Assembly: GCA_025464325.1 (NCBI GenBank)
Contig: JAODGH010000039.1
Span: 1 to 60,210 of the forward strand
Source: Methanosarcinales archaeon
GTDB lineage: Archaea; Halobacteriota; Syntropharchaeia; Alkanophagales; Methanospirareceae
Direction: 5' to 3'
Length of the DNA: 60,210 nucleotides
Below are positions 8,877 to 19,241 of the stretch, one piece after another. A program made the translations under genes and the position numbers. How positions within the stretch are numbered: the stretch's first letter is position 1; each line of letters opens with the position of its first letter. The notes beneath the pieces are model-generated. The model worked only from the letters and a program-made list of their open reading frames with translations. It searched no databases and was not told the DNA's origin.

Positions 8877-10772
8877 TCAATCACCCTTATTGGCTTCAAG
8901 GAGCTCCAGCACCTTCGTTTTCAACATACTGTTCAGCTTCTTACCATCAACTTTGCCGCGAAACTCGCGCATAACGATGCCCATCAATGGTCCCACTGCT
9001 CGTTCACCCTTTTCAAATATGAAATCGCGTTTAGAAGCCACTGTGTCCTCAATGAACCGTTCAACATCCGCCATACTCGTCCTCAGCCCCAGCTCCTCTA
9101 TTGCTCGTTCTACCGTCTGGTCCGGCTTATTCGCTATGTATCTCAGTATCTCTGGTATTGCCTCCTTACCAAACTCGTTTGCAGCAAGCAGTCTGAAGAT
9201 ATCATGAATCTGCTGCCCTGTCAGATTCTCCAGTTCCACACCCTCCCGCGTCAGCTCCACCATCGTATCTGTAAGCGTCCTGGCAACGAGTGTTGGTGCT
9301 ACTTTATAAGCCCTGACTATAGCTTCAAAGAGTTCGTAATTGCTGCTACGTCCTATTTTCGTGGCGAGCTCGTCATTCAAGCCGAACTGCCGCTTGTAAC
9401 GACCTATCCGGTGCTCGAATGTCTCGGGCAATCTGCTACTCAGGTCCTTCAGCCGCAATGGATCTATCTCAACGGGGGGCACATCCGTTTCCGGATACAT
9501 ACGTGCAGCACCGGGCAGGGGTCGCATATATGCACTGCTACCGTTTGGCAATGCCCTCCGCGTCTCCTTCGGTATGCCCCGCATCGCTTCTTCTGCCCGG
9601 TTTAGTACCTCATTCAGTGCGTTCTCCGCTCGTGATCGCGTATCCGCAGCCACTATCACTATACAGTCCGATTCCGAAGCACCAAACACGCTTCTCATAC
9701 GCGCTATTTCCGCGCTGGTTATGCCATAGGCGGGTAGTTCGTCCGTATGCATCAAGCCCGTACCGTATCGGGCTGCGAAATCGGCTAATTCGCTACCGAA
9801 ACGCCTGCCTGGCTGCAATTCGGTACCAAGTATACCGGCAAATCCGCGCAAACATGCACCATATACCAGTCCACCGGCTCTTCTTATCACCCTCGATGCC
9901 GTATCCCTGAATATATCCGAGAGATCAACAATGCGGTGCTCCACTCTGCCACCTCGATTATTCAACTCGTGCATCAATTCCATGAGCTTCAACTGCCGCG
10001 TTATTTCGTTATCCACTATTGTACCTATCAACCTGAGGTTCTGGACGCCTTTTATCTCCACACGCGCGCCACCATCTATCGAGATATTGATATCCTGCCT
10101 TATGGTGCCCAATCCTCGTTTCACCTTACCGGTTGAGCGCAGTATCATTCCAAGCTGTTCCGCCACATTACGCGCCTGGTCCGCGGTTCGTATATCTGGT
10201 GCTGTACCTATCTCAACCAGAGGTATGCCCAGTCTGTCCAGAGAGTACACAACACTGCCATCCGCCCGTTCTTCGATCTTCTGTGCCGCATCCTCCTCCA
10301 GACATAACGAATCCACCCTTACACGCCCTTCTTCCGTTGTGAGCCAGCCATCGGTCGCTATCAGTGCGGTTCTCTGGAATCCACAGGTGTTTGAACCGTC
10401 TATCACTATCTTACGCATCGTGTGTATCTCATCCACAATATTCATATTCAGCATCAGTGCGATTTCCAGTGCAATATCTATCGCTTCGGGGTTCAACTCG
10501 CCCGGAGGCTCCTCATCGTTCTCTACCAGGCATGTGGTATCATAGGCTTTGTATATAAACGTGCGGCTGTATCTCGCTTCTGCACGGGCTGCCGCATCCA
10601 CTTCTCCAAGCTCACTTTTTGATGCACGTAAATAACGTATAAACGAATATCGCGCGTCTTTCTTGTCACGCAACACCGTGGGACACTTACAGAATAGTTT
10701 TGTACCCGTGTCCAGCTGTTGATGTATCTCCAGTCCAGCTCTCAAGCCCACCCGGGCATAGTCTATCGCCAT
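8877..10772 (-). CDS. gatE: Glu-tRNA(Gln) amidotransferase subunit E
   Basis: GLEIHQQL, MRKIVIDGSNTCGFQRT, RPLPGAARMYPETD; 631 aa. Confidence 0.97.
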   Translation of the reverse strand: MAIDYARVGLRAGLEIHQQLDTGTKLFCKCPTVLRDKKDARYSFIRYLRASKSELGEVDAAARAEARYSRTFIYKAYDTTCLVENDEEPPGELNPEAIDIALEIALMLNMNIVDEIHTMRKIVIDGSNTCGFQRTALIATDGWLTTEEGRVRVDSLCLEEDAAQKIEERADGSVVYSLDRLGIPLVEIGTAPDIRTADQARNVAEQLGMILRSTGKVKRGLGTIRQDINISIDGGARVEIKGVQNLRLIGTIVDNEITRQLKLMELMHELNNRGGRVEHRIVDLSDIFRDTASRVIRRAGGLVYGACLRGFAGILGTELQPGRRFGSELADFAARYGTGLMHTDELPAYGITSAEIARMRSVFGASESDCIVIVAADTRSRAENALNEVLNRAEEAMRGIPKETRRALPNGSSAYMRPLPGAARMYPETDVPPVEIDPLRLKDLSSRLPETFEHRIGRYKRQFGLNDELATKIGRSSNYELFEAIVRAYKVAPTLVARTLTDTMVELTREGVELENLTGQQIHDIFRLLAANEFGKEAIPEILRYIANKPDQTVERAIEELGLRTSMADVERFIEDTVASKRDFIFEKGERAVGPLMGIVMREFRGKVDGKKLNSMLKTKVLELLEANKGD

Positions 10773-10812
10773 CTATTAGCCTCATATAATCAATGCCCCT
10801 CTAAAAAATAAA

Positions 10813-11487
10813 GAGATTTTCCAAAAACCCCCTTTGTAGCCCCGACCAAATTTCCAGTAGAAAGTATTTGAATCGCGAAATAGAAAGTATTATAAGCTAT
10901 TAGCAGCATATGAGTATCATGCAGTCGTTAATTCATTATGCAATCAATGAGGAGTATGAAAAGGTAGAACAGCTCGGTGACAGGCTTGCACGTATTGAAT
11001 CACTCATCGATTGGGAGAGGTTCCGCACCATCGTCGCGGATATCTTTGATAACAGGAGCAGGAAAGGCGGTAGACCGAATATAGACGAGGTTGTTATGAT
11101 AAACGCTAAACCATCAGACCCTGAGCTTGAGCGGCAGGTGACCGACAGAATCTCTTTCCGTATTGAAATAACAACCGCATCGGTACATGATTCTTAAACC
11201 ATTCAGTGAAGAAGTTGTCTATCGGGATAAAGATTATCGGTGCACCGGTAAAACTGCGGAATAAGCGTATAAACCGTAAGAGAGCGCCCGGTGAGAGGCA
11301 TTACGCCGTAATAACATATGTTCAACGCCGCACACGTCCGTGTCACGACCGTAGCGCGGGTTGCGGTCAAGATGATATTCACTGAAAGGGTTTTTAGGTG
11401 GTAGAAGTGTGGGTTGGTGTGGTGGTACTTACGCTATGGTACGCGTGCAGGAAGTTGATGGGTAAAGTGAAGTTTTTGGAAATGCTC
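10813..11487 (+). mobile_element. Internally deleted IS5-family element with transposase pseudogene
   Basis: Imperfect terminal inverted repeats GAGATTTTCCAAAAAC (10813-10828) and GTTTTTGGAAATGCTC (11472-11487), 14/16 match. N-terminal ORF has LIDWERFR..GGRPN..SDPELERQVTDRISF; broken C-terminal fragments RNKRINRKRAPGERHYAV and VRVTTVARV. Confidence 0.85.
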
Positions 11488-11614
11488 AGATGTTAAATTC
11501 TTTAAACCGAACCTGTATATCGCACACCTTAACCTGTGTTCTGTTTCTGTGTACCATGGAGAGGTGTTTTTTTCATGCAGTCATCTAATTTTTATTATTA
11601 ATGGAGCAAACAAG

Positions 11615-12337
11615 ATGAAGATCTCATATCTGTCACTCTCGGGTAAGAGGTGCACTGTCCAGTTTTATGGCTGTAACTTCAGGTGTAAAGGTTGCTTCGC
11701 TATGCAAACGAACAGATACACCGAGATGACACCATCACGATTATCTGCGATAATCAACCAGCTCGGTATCCATGAGGTCGTGTTAGCGGGTGGAGAGCCG
11801 ACGATATACAGAAAAGAGCTTCCATCGTTTATCAAATCGTGCAACGCGAGAACGATACTCTCAACCAATGGCTCCCTCATGGATCGCGCCTTTGTAACAG
11901 AACTGGAGAACGTATGCCTGGATGAGGTTCATATAGACCTTAAGGCGTATACCCGGGAGTTACATGAATGGTACACCGGGGTATCAAACGAAAAAGTTTT
12001 AGATGCGATAGAGCTATTGAACGATAGCAATTTGAATTTTGAAGTGATTACAGTCTTTATTCCTGACATTATTGATAACGACGAGATAGAAAGGATAGCC
12101 ACGTTCCTATCAGGTATCGGTGATATAAATTATAGGATCATAAGATACGTCCCTGCTAGGGGTCTGTCAAGAAGACCAACGGAAGAAGAGATTAAAGAAG
12201 CCGTATCAATCGCCAGGAAATATCTTAGTAATGTGACATCCTCTTTAGATTATCGCGCACACCCATTAAAAAGCGTTCGTCTGTACGGTCAGGACATCAT
12301 GGATATCACAAATGCAGCAGGTACACCAGAACGATGA
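11615..12337 (+). CDS. Radical SAM protein, PflA/activating-enzyme-like
   Basis: GCNFRCKGC, GGEPT, STNG, IDLKA; start set at ATG 11615 after GGAG. Confidence 0.85.
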   Translation: MKISYLSLSGKRCTVQFYGCNFRCKGCFAMQTNRYTEMTPSRLSAIINQLGIHEVVLAGGEPTIYRKELPSFIKSCNARTILSTNGSLMDRAFVTELENVCLDEVHIDLKAYTRELHEWYTGVSNEKVLDAIELLNDSNLNFEVITVFIPDIIDNDEIERIATFLSGIGDINYRIIRYVPARGLSRRPTEEEIKEAVSIARKYLSNVTSSLDYRAHPLKSVRLYGQDIMDITNAAGTPER

Positions 12338-13317
12338 TACATATACTCACCTTAGCCCTTATGTACGCCCTCTACTGGATGGTGCGGGTCGTGCCGGTGA
12401 TAGCAATAGGCATTTTTGTAACGAGTTTTGCCGTCAATATCGGGTTGATGAGGAAATTTGAAGTGCTGATAAAACCCATTTCAAGTAAAGCGAATATCAG
12501 TGCACTATCGGCTTTGGCGGTAGTAACGTGCACGTTTAGCACCACTGCCGGTTACTCCATGCTCGCGGAGGGACTGGATAAGAATATCGTTTCCGAGCGA
12601 GAACTTATTGCAACCACACTGATCAGCTCCTTCCCGAGCATTCTCTCTCATCTCTTCACGTTTTTCTTACCTGTGGTGATTCCCATTCTCGGTCTCACTA
12701 CCGGTTCAATATATGTGTATCTCGTAGGGCTTGGAGCGTTCTTGAAATCATGCATCGGGATAATACTTGCAAGACTATGGCTAAAGGATACTGATACTTC
12801 CCCATTCAAAGCCCCAATACCGGGTGATGATCTGCATCATGTTCGCGCCCCCACGGTTGTTGTGGCTAATAAAAGTGCACTGAGTAAAAGCGCTAAGAGC
12901 ACTTATAAGATGCTCAAACGCATTCTGCCCGCGATGTTCATCACGCTGCTTCTGGTATCCGTGGCAATGGAACTGGACCTGTTCGATTCTTTCTCTACCT
13001 TTTTGGAACCTCTCACGATCATTTTGGGCGTGGAAAGCGAGGTCGTTCTGATCACCGCGACCAGGATAGTGAATACTTATTCAGGGTTGATACTTGCGGG
13101 TAGCCTTCTTAACAGGGGCGTGATTTCAACAAAAGGTGTGATAATTGCTTTATTACTGGGAAACGTGGTATCGTTCTCAACCAGATTCGTAAAACATTCT
13201 TTGCCTTTACATGTATCGCTATTCGGTCCCAGGCTGGCAGGGAAGACTGTAACGATAAACGCTGCAACTACGCTTGCCATAGATGTGCTGTTCATCGCGA
13301 TATTGCTAACAATTTAG
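12334..13317 (+). CDS. Membrane protein, nucleoside-recognition (Gate) domain type
   Basis: 327-aa polytopic protein with two repeated halves; ATGA overlap with the radical SAM gene. Confidence 0.65.
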   Translation: MIHILTLALMYALYWMVRVVPVIAIGIFVTSFAVNIGLMRKFEVLIKPISSKANISALSALAVVTCTFSTTAGYSMLAEGLDKNIVSERELIATTLISSFPSILSHLFTFFLPVVIPILGLTTGSIYVYLVGLGAFLKSCIGIILARLWLKDTDTSPFKAPIPGDDLHHVRAPTVVVANKSALSKSAKSTYKMLKRILPAMFITLLLVSVAMELDLFDSFSTFLEPLTIILGVESEVVLITATRIVNTYSGLILAGSLLNRGVISTKGVIIALLLGNVVSFSTRFVKHSLPLHVSLFGPRLAGKTVTINAATTLAIDVLFIAILLTI

Positions 13318-13928
13318 TTCAGGAGAAAATGTGCAATGTGCTTATTGAAGACATATCTTGATTAGATCGGGTAATTATTCATCAACCCTTCAACCATGCC
13401 CATGCCACACCTACTTTCAACCATTTGCCGTTCAATAGTAAGGTAACCTCTTCGGGTGCATAAGGAACACCTGTCTCCGAGTAGATAGCGCTACTGTACG
13501 GTACTCGAATGCACGGGGCTGAAACTGGATATACTCACCCTGTACAGCATTAACACGGCAGGGATGCGATCCAAATGTCCAACGAGAGCGGTAGATGTAA
13601 CGATAGGTCTCTTAACTGAACATGCATGAGTAACCTTTTATTGGGGCATATAGTTGCGAAAAAGCACCATGTATTTTTCCCGGTTTTGTTTCGGCTGGAA
13701 TCGGGAATTAGCTACTATTGTGTATGTAAACGAGAAAGGATGGTTTTATGATAGGAAATGAGGTTTGGTGGGTGCAACAGGTACATTATGGACTTGAGTG
13801 AGAAGTGGGTGTGGTATAGTGATGTTTTTTTTAAGCCAGCATGACGAATAGCTAAGGACTTGAATCCCGGATTAACCTATTTTGGCACGATCGATAGATT
13901 TATATGTTTATTTTCACATATTTATCAT

Positions 13929-15740
13929 ATGCTTTTGCCTGAATCGAAGGAGAAATTTTTAAACCTGTTAGATGAGATTGTCGGTCCATTAAAATATAGT
14001 GGTATTATCCTTCTCGATGATCAATTCAGGGTTATATGGGTTAATCGCGCGATCGAATATCTCATAGGTATAAGACGCAAGGATGTTATCGGACGGGATA
14101 ACCGGCAGCTGATACATGACTGGTGTACGATATTGGAAGAGCCCGAAAAGTTTGAACACACGGTTCTTAGCTCATACAGCGATAACACGTGTATAGAGCG
14201 ATTTGAATGCCATGTTCTCCCGGGAACATCCCGGGAAGAGCATTTCCTTGAATACTGGAGTGTGCCGATATTGACCGGAACATTTGCCGGGTGCAGGATA
14301 GAGTATTTTTATGACATCACCGCACAAAAACGTGTAGAGCAGAGACTGGCAACGCAGGAGGGGTATCTGCATCATGTCTTCGATAACATGCTGGATGGTA
14401 TATTGATAATTGATTATGACGGTAAGATCCTCAAGTACAATTCAGTACTCGCGGAGATGCTCAATGTGGGACCCGATGAGATTATAGGCAGAAATATAAC
14501 GGAGTTCCTTGCACCGGACTACAGGGCGAGTCTGAGAAGAGCCATTCAGAACGTGCGTATGGGTCAGGGCTGCATGGATATCTATCGGATATTATCGCGA
14601 CATAAATGCGAATTCTGGTTTGAATTCAAACTAACCGGGATGGTCTACAACGAAAAGGACGTTGTGCTTGTATTTATTCGCGATATAACGGCACTGAAGG
14701 AGAAGAGCGAATTCCTCGAGCACATAATTGATAATATACCGGATACCATAATGATCAAGGATTCGAAACACAGGGTCGTGATGGTCAATCGTGCATATTG
14801 TGAAATAACGGGTCAGCAGCGAGAGGATGTAATAGGCAAAAAGATCTATCGGAAGACGGACGAGATGGTGATTAATAAGGGGGGTGTGGTGAATATACCG
14901 GAATTGACTTATACCGACTTAAATGGTAACAGGCACTACGTATCGGTGAAGAAGGCGCCGTTGGTGAGTAATGCGGGAGAGGTGACACATGTGCTGACGG
15001 TAAGCCATGATATAACCGAACTGAAGAATAAGAGAGAAGAGCTTGCCGCGAAGAACAAGGAGCTTGAGCAGTTCACATATACGGTCTCTCATGACCTCAA
15101 GGCGCCGCTACTAACAATCCAGGGCTTTGTACAACTGCTCCGGGATGATCTTGCACGTAACGACCACGACGCGGTGGATAAAGATCTGAAATACATAGAG
15201 AACGCGGCAAAGAAGATGGAGAAGCTTATTAATGACACCTTGCAGCTATCCCGTATCGGACGAGTGATGAATCCTCCTGAAGATGTAGCATTCCATGATA
15301 TAGTCGTAGAAGCTCTGGAGCAAACGAGGCAGCAAATAGAATCGCGGGGGGTGGAGGTCTCGGTGTCAGATGATTTACCGGTCGTCCGCGTTGATCGTAT
15401 GAAGATGGTGGAGGTAATGGTGAATCTTATAACGAACAGTGTGAAGTACATGGGGAATCAAAAGCAGCCGAAGATAGAAATAGGATACATGCTAAAAGAT
15501 GGTGAAGTGGTTCTCTTCGTGCGTGACAATGGCATAGGTATCGAAAAAAACCAGCATGAGAAGGTGTTTGAGCTGTTCTACAAGCTTGACAGTCGTAGTG
15601 ACGGCACGGGTGCCGGACTCGCCATTGTGAAGAGGATAATAGAGGTACACGGAGGACGAATCTGGATAGAGTCCAAACCAGGACATGGATGCACCGTTTT
15701 CTTTACACTACCGCTCTCTTCTAAATCGATTGTATCATAA
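13929..15740 (+). CDS. Cytoplasmic multi-PAS sensor histidine kinase
   Basis: Three PAS/PAC-like repeats (DITA, RDIT, HDIT), H-box VSHDLKAPL, N-box NSVKY, DNGIG, GAGLAIVK. Confidence 0.93.
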   Translation: MLLPESKEKFLNLLDEIVGPLKYSGIILLDDQFRVIWVNRAIEYLIGIRRKDVIGRDNRQLIHDWCTILEEPEKFEHTVLSSYSDNTCIERFECHVLPGTSREEHFLEYWSVPILTGTFAGCRIEYFYDITAQKRVEQRLATQEGYLHHVFDNMLDGILIIDYDGKILKYNSVLAEMLNVGPDEIIGRNITEFLAPDYRASLRRAIQNVRMGQGCMDIYRILSRHKCEFWFEFKLTGMVYNEKDVVLVFIRDITALKEKSEFLEHIIDNIPDTIMIKDSKHRVVMVNRAYCEITGQQREDVIGKKIYRKTDEMVINKGGVVNIPELTYTDLNGNRHYVSVKKAPLVSNAGEVTHVLTVSHDITELKNKREELAAKNKELEQFTYTVSHDLKAPLLTIQGFVQLLRDDLARNDHDAVDKDLKYIENAAKKMEKLINDTLQLSRIGRVMNPPEDVAFHDIVVEALEQTRQQIESRGVEVSVSDDLPVVRVDRMKMVEVMVNLITNSVKYMGNQKQPKIEIGYMLKDGEVVLFVRDNGIGIEKNQHEKVFELFYKLDSRSDGTGAGLAIVKRIIEVHGGRIWIESKPGHGCTVFFTLPLSSKSIVS

Positions 15741-15747
15741 ATAAGCA

Positions 15748-16668
15748 ATGCACTCAGAATTAGTGGATCATGTATCAATAGATGTTGTGGGCATGGGTGC
15801 ACTGAATTATGATGTACTGTACGTGGTGGAACGAATAGCACGCGCAGGGGAAGAGGTTGGCATCATGGATATGGTAAAAGCTCCAGGCGGTTCGGCAGCC
15901 AATACCATCGTTGCTCTGGCGCGACTTGGTATTAAAACCGGCTTCATTGGCGCGGTTGGTAACGATAACGAGGGCAGAATTATACTCGATGCGTTCCACC
16001 ATGAGGGTGTCGAGACATGTATAAAGATGATGGATGGCTGTACAGGTGCAGCGATAGGATTTGTAGATTCGCGGGGTGAACGAACACTCTATATTTATCC
16101 TGGTGTGAACAGCCGACTGGATATTTCAGATATAGATATGGAGCTTGTGACCGGTGCGAGATTCGTACATATGAGCTCATTTGTCGATCGTAAACAGCTG
16201 GATCTGCAGTGTGAGCTGGCGATGCATTTGAAGAAGCTCAGTTTCAGTCCGGGAATGTTATGCACCCGGTACAGATTAAAAGATCTCCGTGCGCTTATAG
16301 CGCGAAGCGAGGTGGTATTCCTCAATGCGGGAGAGCTGAAATCACTGATCGGGCATGATAATTATGAGCATGGTGCTGCTGAACTGCTTGATATTGGTGC
16401 ATCCATTGTTTGTGTAACGCTCGGTGAGCGGGGTTGCTATGTTGCGACCAGAGAAGGCGAATCATATCAGGTGGATGCGTATCCTGCCAGAGTTGTGGAC
16501 ACAACAGGTGCTGGAGATGCGTTCGCCGCCGGGTTCCTTTACGGGCTATTGCGTCATAAGAGCATATACGATAGTGCCAGAGCCGGTAATTTGATGGCAT
16601 CATACTGCATTCGTGAGTACGGTAGCCGTAAGGGACTGCCACGAACACTCGAATTGCCACCAGAGTGA
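15748..16668 (+). CDS. PfkB-family carbohydrate/nucleoside kinase
   Basis: PGGSAAN and DTTGAGDAF motifs. Confidence 0.92.
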   Translation: MHSELVDHVSIDVVGMGALNYDVLYVVERIARAGEEVGIMDMVKAPGGSAANTIVALARLGIKTGFIGAVGNDNEGRIILDAFHHEGVETCIKMMDGCTGAAIGFVDSRGERTLYIYPGVNSRLDISDIDMELVTGARFVHMSSFVDRKQLDLQCELAMHLKKLSFSPGMLCTRYRLKDLRALIARSEVVFLNAGELKSLIGHDNYEHGAAELLDIGASIVCVTLGERGCYVATREGESYQVDAYPARVVDTTGAGDAFAAGFLYGLLRHKSIYDSARAGNLMASYCIREYGSRKGLPRTLELPPE

Positions 16669-16728
16669 ACTTAATAAAGCCAGAGTACATAATATCTTAA
16701 TGCAGTATAAATGAAGGAGGTGATGCTT

Positions 16729-16881
16729 ATGTGTAGTGTGGGAGATGTGAGCTTCGATCTGGACATAGAAGAGCTGGAAATGGAGCGATACAGATGCAAT
16801 GAGTGTGGGAACAAGTTTGATGCGATTGGTGAGAAGGTGGTATGCCCTGCCTGCCAGTCGGAGAATGTAGAGAAGATATAA
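16729..16881 (+). CDS. 50-aa zinc-ribbon protein (below the ORF-track cutoff)
   Basis: GGAGGTGA RBS at 16716-16723; MCSVGDVSFDLDIEELEMERYRCNECGNKFDAIGEKVVCPACQSENVEKI* with two CxxC motifs. Confidence 0.85.
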   Translation: MCSVGDVSFDLDIEELEMERYRCNECGNKFDAIGEKVVCPACQSENVEKI

Positions 16882-16894
16882 AGAGAGATATATC

Positions 16895-17353
16895 ATGATT
16901 CGCCTGCGAAGCGATGAGATGCTGATTGTGCGCGGTAATAGTGGAACAATAGGCGTGGTGAAAGCTGGTATAGGCAGGCAGTTCTTTGTCGATACCCCGA
17001 GAGGCGAGTATGTGCTGGCGCTGGGACCGGAGGATATACTTGTTGCTTCGGGTTTCGGAACGGGTGACAGGATACAAAAAGGGTTGAAGTGTGTTCTATA
17101 CATGATCCGGGAGCTGAATTCGCCATTGATTGTACTGCCAACAGACCATCCGGCATCTGCTCGCCTTAAGTTCGTGGTATCCGCGGGAAAACGGGTTGTT
17201 ATAAGTTGTAATATCAAGCCAGGGACACACCCGGAACAGCATTTGCTATGCGGTATGCCGGAGTTTGAGGGTATGGAATTACATGCCGTTGCGGGTGGTG
17301 TAGAATTGACCGGTCTGGAAACGGTGGATTTTGAGCATATCAGTTTCATATAG
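16895..17353 (+). CDS. Hypothetical protein
   Basis: 152-aa ORF tightly packed between the zinc-ribbon gene and pyrK-pyrD; contains PGTHPEQHLLC. Confidence 0.75.
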   Translation: MIRLRSDEMLIVRGNSGTIGVVKAGIGRQFFVDTPRGEYVLALGPEDILVASGFGTGDRIQKGLKCVLYMIRELNSPLIVLPTDHPASARLKFVVSAGKRVVISCNIKPGTHPEQHLLCGMPEFEGMELHAVAGGVELTGLETVDFEHISFI

Positions 17354-17373
17354 AGCTTCATATAGTATAGGAA

Positions 17374-19140
17374 ATGTCATTCAGTAAACCGATGCTCTGT
17401 GCGATAGAGGAGATAGAGGAAGCGAATAGCGATGTAAAGACGTTCGTATTGCGTGCCGGGGCGATAGCGCGGGAAAGTGAGCCGGGACAGTTCGTTATGG
17501 TCTGGAACCCGGGTGTGGATGAGATACCGATATCAATTGCCGATGTGAGAGGCGAACTCGTAGAGCTCGCTATCGCCGATAGAGGCGACTGCACGCACAA
17601 CCTGCAAGGTAAGCAGGTGGGCGATTTGATAGGTTTGAGGGGACCCTATGGCAGAGGATTCCGTATCGATGGCAGCAGGATTTGTATGGTTGGTGGCGGA
17701 TACGGAACTGCGCCACTCTTATTTGCTGCGAAACGAGCGTGTGAGGACGGTAGGTTCATAACGGTTCTCGCAGGTGCACGAACTGAGTCGGAACTGCTGT
17801 ACGTTGACAGGTTCCGGGATGCTGGCTGTGAGGATGTGCGAGTAGCAACGGAAGATGGTTCTGCGGGTTTTAAGGGTACCGTGACGGAGTTGCTATCGAA
17901 AACACTTGAGACCGATGATTTTGATCTGGTACTCTCATGTGGACCGGAACTGATGCTGAAACGTGTGTGTGAGATCACGAAACGTGCGGGTATATCCACT
18001 CAGGTCTCTATTGAGCGGATAGTGAAGTGTAGCTGTGGCGCCTGTGGCTCGTGTGATATCGGTGGATACCGGGTCTGTACAGATGGACCGGTGTTCGATG
18101 CTACCGAACTGGAAGGCACAGAGTTTGGATGCTGGACACGGGCGAAGAGTGGCAGAAGAGTAGCATTACAACCACAGATCAACGATCTGAGTTCGGTGCC
18201 TCCGCGTGTGTTCACACCCGACTATGAGCCAATGCTGGTGACAGAGGTGTGCGGGGTTCGATTCCCCAATCCGATAGCGAATGCCGCTGGTTTTGGGATA
18301 GCCGGGAAACTGCTTTACCGCTACGCAGTAGCAGGTGCTGGTGCGGTCGTGACAAAATCGGTCGGGTTACGAGAGCAGGAGGGGTATCCGAATCCCACGT
18401 TCCTTGAACTCGAGCCACAGACGTATGTGAATGCAATGGGGCTTTCAAATCCGGGCATAAATAATTATGGACCGGAGATAGAAGATGCGAAACGCGCGAA
18501 TGTGCCATTGATACTGAGCATATTTGGGCAGGACGTGGAAGAATGCAAGCAGGTGGCGAAGCAGGCGGTGAAGTATCGGGTGGATATGATAGAATTTAAT
18601 GCGTCATGCCCGCATACGAATTTTGTAGCCATGGAGAACAATCCCCGGATGTTAAGGAGCATAATAAAGGCGATACGCGAGATCGTGCATCCTGTACCCG
18701 TTGCAGTAAAGCTATCACCAAATATAGGCGATATCCCGGGACTGGCAATGACACTGGAACGAGCCGGTGCTGATGCAATCACCGCTATTAATACTGTCAT
18801 TAGCAGACCTGTGGACAAAACACTGGATATACCTATTCTCGGTAATCCCACGGGTTATGGTGGTAAATCGGGCAGAGCACTTACCGCAGGAGGAAAGCAG
18901 GTGATCTTTGAGCTATACAAAGAGGTGAAGATACCGATAATCGCAGTTGGTGGCATATTCTCCGCGAAGGACGTGATAGACTATGCGAGAAACGGTGCAC
19001 AATTGTTTCAGGTGGGTAGTGCGCTGGTGACTGAGGGTTATGGTATATTCAGAAGAATAAAAGACGATCTGAATGACTACCTTGATGCCAACGGTTATAA
19101 GAATATAGGAGAATTGGTGGGAGAAGCACACAGAAGTTGA
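17374..19140 (+). CDS. pyrD: Fused dihydroorotate dehydrogenase: electron-transfer subunit PyrK plus class 1B catalytic PyrD
   Basis: N-half: PGQFVM, RGPYG, GGGYG, CGPE, CSCGACGSC..C [2Fe-2S]. C-half: KSVG, NAMGLSNPG, NASCPH, KLSPN, GGKSG. Confidence 0.9.
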   Translation: MSFSKPMLCAIEEIEEANSDVKTFVLRAGAIARESEPGQFVMVWNPGVDEIPISIADVRGELVELAIADRGDCTHNLQGKQVGDLIGLRGPYGRGFRIDGSRICMVGGGYGTAPLLFAAKRACEDGRFITVLAGARTESELLYVDRFRDAGCEDVRVATEDGSAGFKGTVTELLSKTLETDDFDLVLSCGPELMLKRVCEITKRAGISTQVSIERIVKCSCGACGSCDIGGYRVCTDGPVFDATELEGTEFGCWTRAKSGRRVALQPQINDLSSVPPRVFTPDYEPMLVTEVCGVRFPNPIANAAGFGIAGKLLYRYAVAGAGAVVTKSVGLREQEGYPNPTFLELEPQTYVNAMGLSNPGINNYGPEIEDAKRANVPLILSIFGQDVEECKQVAKQAVKYRVDMIEFNASCPHTNFVAMENNPRMLRSIIKAIREIVHPVPVAVKLSPNIGDIPGLAMTLERAGADAITAINTVISRPVDKTLDIPILGNPTGYGGKSGRALTAGGKQVIFELYKEVKIPIIAVGGIFSAKDVIDYARNGAQLFQVGSALVTEGYGIFRRIKDDLNDYLDANGYKNIGELVGEAHRS

Positions 19141-19147
19141 AACGGAG

Positions 19148-19172
19148 AATGTGCCGTACCTACCGGCACATT
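19148..19172. terminator. Perfect 9-bp inverted repeat AATGTGCCG-N7-CGGCACATT (terminator or operator)
   Basis: Just after the pyrD stop and just before the TTTTTATAT box upstream of ppsA. Confidence 0.45.
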
Positions 19173-19241
19173 AAAAATCAAAAGGGTTTTTATATGAATA
19201 ACCGAATTTAGTTATAGACTTTCCTTACGGAGGAGTAACTG

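Noticed and set aside
13330..13630. Possible decayed gene on the minus strand
   Set aside because: Short, stop-interrupted frames with no recognisable motif
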